Positions 9,168-17,501 of a DNA stretch of 64,000 bases are shown here, piece by piece. This DNA is from an uncultured Thermoleophilia bacterium. Lineage in GTDB: Bacteria > Actinomycetota > Thermoleophilia > Gaiellales > Gaiellaceae. The first letter of the stretch is position 1; every line of letters starts with the position of its first letter. The translations under genes were made by a program, and so were the position numbers. The notes below the pieces were generated by a model. It worked only from the letters and a program-made list of their open reading frames with translations. It was not told the DNA's origin and made no database searches. The stretch is from the NCBI GenBank assembly GCA_963758345.1, contig CAVWVD010000009.1, forward strand, positions 3,077 to 67,076, written 5' to 3'.

Positions 9168-10090
9168 CCGCAGTTCGTCGTTCGCTCCTGCTCCTGCTGC
9201 TCGTCGGCCTGGCCGCGTGCGGCGGCGGCGGTGGCGACTCGAAGGATCAGTCGCCCGAGCAGTACCGCTACGACGCGGGCGCGAAGCTCGGCTACCTCGA
9301 CAAGGGCGTCGTCAGCCAGGCGGCGGGGATCACGGTGCACGACGTTTCGTTCGCCAGCCCGCGCGGCGGACGCGTCCAGGGCTACCTGACGGTTCCGCCC
9401 GGCGACGGCAAGTACCCCGCCGTGGTCTTCCTGCACGGGTCAGGCGGCTCGCGGCTCAATTTCGTGCCGGAGTCGAGCTGGCTCGCCGGGCGCCGCGTGG
9501 TCGGGTTGACGATCGACTCGCCGTTCGTCCGTCCGGGCCCCAAGCTCGAGGGCCTCGCGGGCCTGCGAAACGAGCGCAACCTGAGCGACCAGGCCGTCGT
9601 CGACGTGCGCCGCGCGATCGACGTGCTGCAGTCGCTGAAGCAGGTCGACGGCGACCGGATCGGGATCCTCGGGTTCAGCGCGGGCGCCAAGACGGCGGCC
9701 ATCGCAGCCGGCGTCGACTCCCGGGTGAAGGCAGCCGTGATCGTCTCGGGCGCCGCGCCCAACCTGAACGAGTTCGTGAACGCGTCGCCGCCGGCGGTTC
9801 GGCCGCAGGTGCGCTCGATCCTCGGGCCGACGGATCCGACGCGCTACGTCGGCGACGCCAAGGGCATGCTGCTGATCCAGATCGCCAACGGCGACACGTT
9901 CGTCCCGCGCTCCGACCTCGACCGGATGGCGAAGGCGGCCGGCGACGCCGAGGTGAAGCGCTACGACGGCGGGCACAAGCTCGTCACGTTCGCGCCGGCG
10001 ATCCACGACGAGCTCGACTTTCTCTGGGATCAGCTCGGCGCCGGGAAGGACGCCGTTCCGGGCGCGTTGACCGGGCCCGTCAACGATTAG
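9164..10090 (+). CDS. Paralogous lipoprotein alpha/beta hydrolase; probable CTG start overlapping the upstream stop (CTGA)
   Basis: The track ORF starts at GTG 9335, but the same frame upstream reads (L)TAVRRSLLLLLLVGLAACGGGGGDSK. That is a lipoprotein signal paralogous to the upstream gene. No ATG, GTG or TTG lies in frame upstream. The body has HGSGGSR and GILGFSAGA. Confidence 0.7.
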   Translation: MTAVRRSLLLLLLVGLAACGGGGGDSKDQSPEQYRYDAGAKLGYLDKGVVSQAAGITVHDVSFASPRGGRVQGYLTVPPGDGKYPAVVFLHGSGGSRLNFVPESSWLAGRRVVGLTIDSPFVRPGPKLEGLAGLRNERNLSDQAVVDVRRAIDVLQSLKQVDGDRIGILGFSAGAKTAAIAAGVDSRVKAAVIVSGAAPNLNEFVNASPPAVRPQVRSILGPTDPTRYVGDAKGMLLIQIANGDTFVPRSDLDRMAKAAGDAEVKRYDGGHKLVTFAPAIHDELDFLWDQLGAGKDAVPGALTGPVND

Positions 10091-10711
10091 CTAGCCGCGG
10101 TGAACGACCTCGCGCTCGTCGTCGCGCGCGGGATCGGCCAGCGGCAGCGCGTCGTGCGACCAGCCGGCCCGCTTCCACTGGGGCACGGGCGTCGTGCAGC
10201 CCTCCTTGGGCACGAAGCGTGAGTGGCTCACGAGCTGGTACTGGTGGATGTAGCGCGGGCAGTTCGGGAACACCTGCTCGGCGCGTACGCGGATGATCAG
10301 CTGCGCTTCGGGGTACTCCGCGAGCAGCGCGTCGTCGTCGTGGAACGAGGCGACCCCGTTGAGCCTCAGGCGGCGCCGCTCCTGGAAGTCGATGAAGAGG
10401 ATGCCGACGTGCGGGTTGACGAGCAGGTTCCCGGCCGACAGGTACATGCCGTTGCCGTCGTAGCTCGGGAAGGCGATGGTGCGCTCGTCGACCACGCGGA
10501 CGAAGCCGGGCGCGCCGCCCTTGTACGAGCAGTTCGGCCGGCCGTGGCCGTCGGCGGTGGCGAGGAAGAGCATGTCGGAGCGCTCGATGAAGGCGCGGTC
10601 GTCGGCGTCGATGTGGTCGCGCACGAGCCGCTCGTCGATCCGGTCGGCGATGCGACGTGTGTCGAACCGCGCCTGGAGCGTGCGGCTGCCCTCGTGGTAC
10701 GTCCCCGCCAT
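10091..10711 (-). CDS. Pyridoxamine 5'-phosphate oxidase family (FMN-binding split barrel) protein
   Basis: ORF 10091..10741, start trimmed to the second Met (MAGTYHEG). Motifs MLFLATADGHGRPNCSYKGG and NPHVGILFIDF are typical of the PNPOx-like fold. Confidence 0.75.
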   Translation of the reverse strand: MAGTYHEGSRTLQARFDTRRIADRIDERLVRDHIDADDRAFIERSDMLFLATADGHGRPNCSYKGGAPGFVRVVDERTIAFPSYDGNGMYLSAGNLLVNPHVGILFIDFQERRRLRLNGVASFHDDDALLAEYPEAQLIIRVRAEQVFPNCPRYIHQYQLVSHSRFVPKEGCTTPVPQWKRAGWSHDALPLADPARDDEREVVHRG

Positions 10712-10770
10712 GGAGCGATGATGGTCGCTCGCGGCCGGCACGGCAAGCCCGCCGCGTACGCTCGATTGCC

Positions 10771-11904
10771 GTGACGACGCTCGACTGGATCGCCGCCTCG
10801 GTGGCTGCGCTCGCGGCGATCGCCGGGCTGCGGCGCGGGCTGCTCGTCAGCGCACTCTCGCTTGGGGGCGTGCTCGTGGGGGCCCTGATCGGTGGGCGGA
10901 TCGCGCCGCACCTGCTGCCGTCGGGCTCGGCGTCGCCGTACACGCCGCTCGTCGCGCTCGCCGGGGCGCTCACGTTCGCGTTCCTGCTGGAGGGGGCCGG
11001 CGCAGTCGCGGGCGGCTCGCTGCGCGCCGCGCTGCCGCTCGGAATCGCGCGGCGCCTCGACTCGGCGGGTGGGCTCGTGCTCGGCGCGGTGACGGGGCTC
11101 GCGGTGGTGTGGGTGCTCGGCGCGGTGGCGCTGCAGGTGCCGGGACAGCCCGACCTGCGCCGGGCGGCGCAGCGGTCCGAGGTGCTCAGGCGCCTCAACG
11201 AGATCGTCTCGCCGCGCGCCGCCCTGCAGGTGCTCGCCCGGGTCGATCCCTTCCCGGCGCTCGCCGGGCCGGCCGTGCTCGTCGAGCCGCCGGACCCCGC
11301 CGTGCTGCAGGCACCGGGCGTGCGCAAGGCGGCGCCGAGCGTGGTGAAGGTGCTCGGAACGGCGTGTGGGCTCGGGATCGCGGGCAGCGGCTGGGTTGCG
11401 AAGGACGACACCGTCGTCACGGCTGCGCACGTGGTCGCCGGCGAGGACGACACGACGGTCGCGCCGCCGGAAGGCGCGCCGCTGCGGGCCGACGTGGTCG
11501 CCTTCGACGCGAAGAACGACGTCGCCGTGCTCCACGTGAGCGGGCTCGGCCGGCAGCCGCTCGCGATTGTCGACGCTCACCGCGGCGACCGCGTGGCGAT
11601 CCTCGGTTACCCGGGCGACGGCGCGTTCACCGCGACGCCCGGGCGGATGGGGAGCACGCTCACGGTCGCGGCCGACGACGCGTACGGCCACGGGCCGGTG
11701 GTGCGCACCGTCACGGGCTTCCGCGGCCGCGTCCAGCACGGCAACTCCGGAGGACCGGCCGTGAACGAGCGCGGCGAGGTGGAGGCGACCGTCTTCGCCG
11801 CCCGCGCGGGCAGCGACTCGGGCTACGGCGTGCCGTCCGCGATCGTCCGCAAGGCGCTCGCCGGCGCGAGCGGCCGCGTCTCGACGGGCGCCTGCGCGCC
11901 GTGA
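10771..11904 (+). CDS. CvpA-domain membrane-anchored S1 serine protease (MarP-like)
   Basis: Frame of ORF 10657..11904, start at GTG 10771. The N-terminal TM bundle is VTTLDWIAASVAALAAIAGLRRGLL... The C-terminal part is trypsin-like: TAAHVVAG (His), NDVAVL (Asp), GNSGGPAV (Ser). Confidence 0.85.
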   Translation: MTTLDWIAASVAALAAIAGLRRGLLVSALSLGGVLVGALIGGRIAPHLLPSGSASPYTPLVALAGALTFAFLLEGAGAVAGGSLRAALPLGIARRLDSAGGLVLGAVTGLAVVWVLGAVALQVPGQPDLRRAAQRSEVLRRLNEIVSPRAALQVLARVDPFPALAGPAVLVEPPDPAVLQAPGVRKAAPSVVKVLGTACGLGIAGSGWVAKDDTVVTAAHVVAGEDDTTVAPPEGAPLRADVVAFDAKNDVAVLHVSGLGRQPLAIVDAHRGDRVAILGYPGDGAFTATPGRMGSTLTVAADDAYGHGPVVRTVTGFRGRVQHGNSGGPAVNERGEVEATVFAARAGSDSGYGVPSAIVRKALAGASGRVSTGACAP

Positions 11905-11928
11905 GTCGCGGGACATGTCCGCGGGCGG

Positions 11929-12066
11929 TTAAAACCGGTGCCAGGCACCGTCCGGAGAGGCGCACGGCTCTGTAACGCATTCCGCACCGGGACGCCGCGA
12001 ACGGCTTGTGTTCGAGGTTCGCGAGCGTTGCGCGGTGCCGAACACCGGTGCCAGGCACCGGTTTAA
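11929..12066 (+). repeat. MITE-like intergenic repeat, copy A, with palindromic hairpins at both ends
   Basis: The left end is TTAAAACCGGTGCC-A-GGCACCG (hairpin 11936..11950). The right end is ACCGGTGCC-A-GGCACCGGT (perfect 19-nt palindrome 12044..12062) followed by TTAA. It aligns to the reverse complement of 34029..34169. Confidence 0.8.
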
Positions 12067-12119
12067 GGGCCGCGCGAAACTGTCGCGGCATCCGCACGGC
12101 CGGCGGGGCCGGACCGACG

Positions 12120-13926
12120 CTAGGACAGCAGCTCGAGCACCCGCAGCGGCCTGCGGTACGGGACGACGAGATAGACGCCGTCCACGCGGTCGCGCGCCTC
12201 GGCGAGCAGCTCCTTCGCGTGCGCCATGCCGACGTCCGCGGCGTCGGAGCCCGCGTCGCGCAGCGCGTTCTGCAGCGAGTCGGGCACGACGATCCCCGGC
12301 AGCTCGTTGTGGAAGCGCAGCGCGAGCCGGTAGCTCCAGAGCGGGCAGACGCCGAGCAGCAGCGGCACGGGCGACGAGCCGCCGATGCCGCTCGAGGAAG
12401 CGGTCGAGGTGCGCGAGGTCGAAGACGAGCTGCGTCATCGCGTACTGCGCGCCCGCCTCGAGCTTCTGGTGGAAGCGGTCGAGCTCCTGCTCCAGGTCGT
12501 CCGCCGACGGGTTGACGGCGACGCCGACGTAGAACGAGGTCGGTGCGTCGATCGGCCGGCCGTTCGCGTCCTCGCCGCGGTTGAGCCGCGAGATCAGCGC
12601 GGTCAGCCCGATCGAGTCGATCTCGTAGACGCCGCGCGAGCCTGGGTAGTCGCCGACCTCGGGCGGGTCGCCGGTGACGGCCAGGATGTTGCGGACGTCC
12701 TCCGCGTGCGCGCCGAAGAGCGCCGACTCGAGGCCCATCACCGTCGAGTCGCGCGTGGTCAGGTGCGGGATCGTCTCGATGCCGCACGCGCGCTGGACGA
12801 TCGCGGACGCCGTCACCGCGCTCATCCCCGCGCGGGCGCCCGCGTTGTCGTTCACGTCCACGAAGTCGACCAGGCCGGAGTCCTTGAGTGCCTGGGCGGT
12901 CTCGACAAGGCCGCTGAGGTTCGCGCCGAGCGGCGGGTCGAGCTGGGCCGACACGACCCATTCGCCCTCGCGCAGCGCGCGCGCCAGGCCGGTCTCCATG
13001 TGCTCGCCGCCGAGTGCGACCACCAGCTCACGCTCGTCGAGCACGAGCGGCCCGGGCGGCTGGCGGTCCTCGGTCACCGCCCTGCGGATCGCGGCGATCT
13101 CGGCAGGCGTCGTTCCGCAGCAGCCGCCGATGATCTTCGCGCCGAGCGATCCCGCATAGGCGGCGAACTCGGCGAAGTACTCGGGGTTCGCGTGCGGGTA
13201 GATGACGCGGCGGCCGGAGAGGCTGGCGAGACCGATGTTCGGCAGGGCGGCCAGTGGCCGGCCGTTGGCGCGCATCTCCTCGAGCGCCGTGAGCGCGGCG
13301 AGCAGGCCCGCGCCGTGGTTGGCGCCGATGGCCGCGATGTCGAGCGAGGCCAACCGCTCGGCCGCCTCGCGCGCGGTCACGCCCGCGATCGTCTCCGCGC
13401 GCTCGTCGAAGGTCAGGAGCGCCACGATGGGCAGGCTGGACACGCCCCGAACGGCCTCGATCGCGTCGACCAGCTCCTCCAGGTCGTAGAAGGTCTCGAT
13501 CATGAAGAGGTCGGCGCCGCGGCCTTCGAGCACCGACGCCTGCTCGCAGAACAGCTCGCGGCGCACGCGCGACGTCGCCTGCTCGCCGATCGGGCCGATC
13601 GAGCCGCCGATGAACACGTCGCGGCCGGTGATCTCGCGCGCGTCCCGGGCAAGCTTGACCGCCGTCGAGTTGATCCGCTCGAAGTCGTCCTCCAGGAAAT
13701 GCGTTGCCAGCTTGCGGCGGTTCGCGCCGAACGTGTTCGTCTCGATGAGGTCCGCGCCGGCGTTGATGAAGCTGACGTGCAGCGAGACGACCGCGTCGGG
13801 CGCGCGCAGGTTGGCCTCCTCGGGCGAGCGCAGGCGCGGGACGGCGCTCGTCAGCAGCGCGCCCATGCCGCCGTCGGCCACGATCACGGGACCGTCGGCA
13901 AGGCGCTGGAGGAAGGTCTCGCTCAC
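12120..13926 (-). CDS. Bifunctional homocysteine S-methyltransferase / 5,10-methylenetetrahydrofolate reductase (yitJ-like), interrupted by one frameshift near 12388
   Basis: ORF 11929..13926 carries the S-methyltransferase domain (ADLIETNTFGAN, GGCCGTTP) and most of MTHFR (VDVNDN, HLTTRD, AVTGDPP). After ...HLDRFLER the frame becomes nonsense. ORF 12120..12368 continues as IGGSSPVPLLLGVCPLWSYRLALRFHNELPGIVVP. Confidence 0.85.
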
Positions 13927-14464
13927 GCCGCAACTCTAGGCGTGGGTGAGCGCTCACCCGCCGTCCCTCGATCGAGGGTAATCGGTGAAGCAGGCTCGTC
14001 AACCTCGGAAGGGGGATTGGTGAACCGGCCCGGTGCACCCACCATGCGACTTGTAAGCGCCAGCCCCGATGCGGCGGGGGCGGTGCGAAAAGGACAGGGA
14101 ATCGGCCCCGTTGCGGCGGGGGCCGGCCCCCGGTCAGACAGTCGAAGAGCTAGGGCGGGGCCAGGGGCGGGCCCCGCTCAGCATTTAAGGGCATAGCTCG
14201 ATCGAGGGAGCCGGCGCGTCACCCACCGGCTCACCCAGGGCGAGTCCTCGCCGGGGGATGGCCCGGTGCCGGCTCCCACACGCATGAGGGCGCGGCTCTC
14301 ACACCGGGACAAGCGTCGTTCAAGCCTGCCCGGAGCGCTGCCGATGGCAGGGCCAACTCCTGTGCTGTGGGACTGACGGCAAATCGGTTCACGGCCGGAG
14401 ATGAAGCGGCGGGGCGACCCGCCGCTTCGCGTTCGGCGGATAGCGAACGTGGTATATTTATCGC
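13927..14464. other. 540-bp non-coding, highly structured GC-rich region; an unclassified leader, riboswitch or RNA candidate
   Basis: No convincing ORF in any frame. It has nested perfect helices and repeats, detailed in the findings. A strong hairpin at 14403..14428 and TATATT at 14452..14457 precede ATG 14465. Confidence 0.4.
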
Positions 14465-14881
14465 ATGCTTGCGATCTACTCGTCGCCCGAGTGGCTGACG
14501 TCGATCGTTGGGCCGTTGCTCTGGCTCATGCCTGTCGTGCTTGTCAGCGCGCTGGTGCTTGCCGCGGGCTCGGTGTTCTGGGAATCCGTTCTTAAGCTCG
14601 GGACGGTCGCTGAAGCCGCGACCGTGGCGCTCATGACCGTGGGTCTGATCGGATTCGTTGCGAGCGAAGACACATACCGTGACGACGGCACGAGTCGGTG
14701 GGACGCCTACAACTCGCACGGCCCGGTCCTGCTGGCCGTGTTCTTCGCAGCCTTCTCTGTCACGTTTCTGGTGAGCGCCTGGCGCCTGCGGCGGCGCGAC
14801 CTCGCCGTTGCCGGCTTCCTCGTCGCGAGCCTGGCGTCGGTCCTGACCTTCGCCGCCGTGCTCGCGAACGCGCTGAACTGA
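14465..14881 (+). CDS. Four-TM membrane protein of unknown function, paralog 1
   Basis: ORF 14465..14881 has four hydrophobic segments, the central loop motif SEDTYRDDGTSRWDAY and the C-terminus ANALN. Confidence 0.65.
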   Translation: MLAIYSSPEWLTSIVGPLLWLMPVVLVSALVLAAGSVFWESVLKLGTVAEAATVALMTVGLIGFVASEDTYRDDGTSRWDAYNSHGPVLLAVFFAAFSVTFLVSAWRLRRRDLAVAGFLVASLASVLTFAAVLANALN

Positions 14882-15243
14882 TGATCCTGTTCTTCGTGCT
14901 GCTGGTCGTCGCCGGGATGTCGTTTGCAGTCTCGACGTCGACGCCGTGGACACTCCGCTGCGGGACGCTCGTCCAGGCCGCCGCCCTTCTGCTGGGAGCG
15001 GTGTGGCTCGTCTGGTACGTGCAGAGCGAGGACTCGTATCGCGACGACGGCACGAGCAGGTGGGACGCCTACGGCGCGCACGACGCCACGATCACCGCAC
15101 TGATCGTCGCGGCTGCGGCGGTGCTCCTGCTCGTCGCGGCGCGCGTCCTGCAGCGGCGGTGGTTCACAATCGTCGCCTTTCTCGTCTCGATGGTGGCGGC
15201 GGGCTGGCTCGGCGCGGCGACGGCTGCGAACTCGCTGAACTAA
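14881..15243 (+). CDS. Four-TM membrane protein of unknown function, paralog 2
   Basis: Frame of ORF 14698..15243 from ATG 14881, which overlaps the upstream TGA by 1 nt. It has the same loop motif (SEDSYRDDGTSRWDAY) and the tail ANSLN. Confidence 0.65.
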   Translation: MILFFVLLVVAGMSFAVSTSTPWTLRCGTLVQAAALLLGAVWLVWYVQSEDSYRDDGTSRWDAYGAHDATITALIVAAAAVLLLVAARVLQRRWFTIVAFLVSMVAAGWLGAATAANSLN

Positions 15244-16016
15244 CCCTCGTGCAGGACGCGGCCTTCCAGGCCGCCGGCGACCGTGACGACCTGGCCGGTC
15301 ACGTGGCCCGAGAGCTCGTCCGAGGAGAGCACGACCACGACGCGCGCCACGTCCTCCGGCTGCGCGACCTTGCGCAGGGCCATCGTCCGCGTCACGCGCG
15401 CGAGTTGCTGCTCCGTGAGCGCTTCACGCGTCATCGGCGAGACCGTCCAGCCCGGCGCGACCACATTTACCCGCGCGCGCGGCGCGACGCGCACCACCTC
15501 GTTCTTCAGGCTCAGCAGCAGCCCGCCTGCGATCGCCGACTTGGCCGCCGCGTAGTCCGCATGACCCGCTTCGCCGACGAGGCCGGCGGTCGACGCGACC
15601 ATCACGAGGCTGCCGTGCCCCGAGTGGGCGACCTCGCGCAGGAAGCCGCGCGCGGTGAGGAACGTCGAGCGCAGGTTCTCGGCCAGCGTGTTCTCCCAGC
15701 GCTCGAGCGACAGCTCCCAGACGGGCACGTCCTCGCGCGGCCACACGCCTGCAACGGCGGCGCAGACGTCGATCCCGCCGAGCGCCGAACGGGCCTCGTC
15801 GAAGAGCCGGTCGGCCTCGTCCTCGCGCGTCAGGTCGGCGGCGCCCGTCGGTGCGCCGCCCAGCTCGGCGGCGACCGCGTCTGCCCGCTTGCGGCCGCGG
15901 TGGTAGTGGACGAACACGGACGCGCCCTCGGCCGCGAACGCGCGCGCGCACGCCGCGCCGATCCCGCCCGATGCGCCCGTCACGAGGACGCGCTTGCCCG
16001 CGAGGCCCGTCTCCAC
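15240..16016 (-). CDS. SDR family oxidoreductase
   Basis: ORF 15240..16016 has TGASGGIGAA (TGxxxGxG) and the YAAAK catalytic motif. Confidence 0.9.
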   Translation of the reverse strand: METGLAGKRVLVTGASGGIGAACARAFAAEGASVFVHYHRGRKRADAVAAELGGAPTGAADLTREDEADRLFDEARSALGGIDVCAAVAGVWPREDVPVWELSLERWENTLAENLRSTFLTARGFLREVAHSGHGSLVMVASTAGLVGEAGHADYAAAKSAIAGGLLLSLKNEVVRVAPRARVNVVAPGWTVSPMTREALTEQQLARVTRTMALRKVAQPEDVARVVVVLSSDELSGHVTGQVVTVAGGLEGRVLHEG

Positions 16017-16035
16017 GGGCCGAGCCTACGGACGT

Positions 16036-17466
16036 CTACGGGTTGAAGACGGCGGTAATGGTGCCGGGCGGCGAGGCAGCGTCGGCTGCGGCCTGGCAGG
16101 TGTTGCCGGCGATCGCCGGGCAGTTGTCCCAGTGGTCGAAGGTGCCGCCGCTCGCCGTTAGCGTCACGATCGTGTACGGGAAGAACAAAGACGTGCAGGT
16201 GGCGCCGCAGTCGATGCCCGCGGGCGCGCTCGTCACCCTGCCGGTGCCCGTGACGGCGACCGTCACCGGGATGCCCTTCTGGAACTCGGCCGAGACGAAC
16301 TTGACCGCGTCCATGGTGACCGTGCAGGTGGGGCTCGTCCCGGCGCTCGCGCAGTCGGCGCGCCAGCCGGCGAAGAGGTAGCCCGGCGTCGCGGCCGCGG
16401 TCAGCGTGACGACCGTGCCCGCCGGATAGGTGTACGAGCAGGTGTCGCCGCAGTCCACGCCCGGCACGTCGGCGGTGATCGTCCCGCCGGCCTGCGAGCC
16501 GGACCGCGAGACGTTCAGGCGGTTGCCCTTCCGTGAGAACGTCGCCGTGACGGTGATCTCGCCGTCGACCGGGAAGTTGCACGTGACCGACGTGCTGGTG
16601 CACTCGCCCGTCCAGCCGACGAACTTCGAGTTGCCGTCGGGCTCGGCCTTCAGGCGGACGATGTCGCCGGCCTCGAGGCTCGCGGTGCACGTTGCGCCGC
16701 ACGCGAGCGTTCCGTCGCTCGAGATCGTGCCGTCGCCCTCACCGGCCTTCTCGATCGTGACCTGGAACTGCTTCTTCACGAACTTGGCCGTGACCGTCTT
16801 GACTCCCGCGGTCTTCACGACGCAGGTCCCCTTCCCGGAGCACCTGCCGCTCCAGCCCTCGAAGGTGGAGCTCGTGTCCGGCGAAGCCGTCAGCGTCACC
16901 TTCTTGCCCGGTGCGTAGGTCTTCGCGCACGGCGCCTTGTCCGACGCGCACGTCGTCCCGCCCGGCGCGAACGTGACCGAGCCCACCCCGCCGCCGGCCA
17001 TGGCGACGTTCACGATGGCGGCCGAGCCGCCGATGCGGACGGCACACAGGATCCTCGCCGTCTTCGAGACCTTGCCCTTCTTGAAGCGGACGAGCACGTG
17101 AACCTTCTCCGCCCGGCCCTTCTTCTTGGCGAGCTTGTAGCGGAAGGACGTCTTGCCGATAAGGCTGATCGTCCGGATCTTCGTCTTCGCCTTCGTGCCG
17201 GCGAGCGAGGCCGAGACGACCGGCATCGAGCCCTTGGCCGGCTTGACGCGCAGCAGCCCGGAGCCGCCCTTCTTCAGCGTCAGCGTGCCGCACGTCGCCT
17301 TGGCGACGAGCGGCGCCGGCTTTTTCGGGGCAGGACGCGCTGTTGCCGCCGAGACGGCTGCCAGTGCGAACACCCCGAAGCTGACGGCGGCCAGCGCATA
17401 GCGCAGCCGACCCTTCCCTACGACCCCCACGGATCTCAGTGTCGTCAGTTTCGGGCGGCCTGTCAA
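16036..17466 (-). CDS. Secreted protein with a Lys-rich N-terminal region and four divergent InlB-B-repeat-like modules
   Basis: ORF 16036..17466 (TTG start; an alternative GTG lies at 17430). The signal-like segment is LRYALAAVSFGVFALAAVSAATA. A roughly 80-aa module recurs four times with the pattern G.G.V.S.P.GI.CG..C...Y..G..VTLTA.P....F.GW.G.C. Confidence 0.6.
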   Translation of the reverse strand: MTGRPKLTTLRSVGVVGKGRLRYALAAVSFGVFALAAVSAATARPAPKKPAPLVAKATCGTLTLKKGGSGLLRVKPAKGSMPVVSASLAGTKAKTKIRTISLIGKTSFRYKLAKKKGRAEKVHVLVRFKKGKVSKTARILCAVRIGGSAAIVNVAMAGGGVGSVTFAPGGTTCASDKAPCAKTYAPGKKVTLTASPDTSSTFEGWSGRCSGKGTCVVKTAGVKTVTAKFVKKQFQVTIEKAGEGDGTISSDGTLACGATCTASLEAGDIVRLKAEPDGNSKFVGWTGECTSTSVTCNFPVDGEITVTATFSRKGNRLNVSRSGSQAGGTITADVPGVDCGDTCSYTYPAGTVVTLTAAATPGYLFAGWRADCASAGTSPTCTVTMDAVKFVSAEFQKGIPVTVAVTGTGRVTSAPAGIDCGATCTSLFFPYTIVTLTASGGTFDHWDNCPAIAGNTCQAAADAASPPGTITAVFNP

Positions 17467-17501
17467 GCCGATCTCATGAAACCTTCATTGGCGCGGCCCT
17501 C

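Noticed and set aside
13927-14464. RNase P RNA, tmRNA, SRP RNA or a glycine/c-di-AMP/guanidine riboswitch in the long structured spacer.
   Set aside because: I looked on both strands for the remembered hallmark strings: GGAAAGUCCGGGC and ACAGAACCCGGCUUA for RNase P, GGGGCUGA...UCCACCA for tmRNA, and GGAAGCAGC for SRP. None was present. Partial matches such as AAAAGGACAG and GUAAGCG are too short to mean anything.
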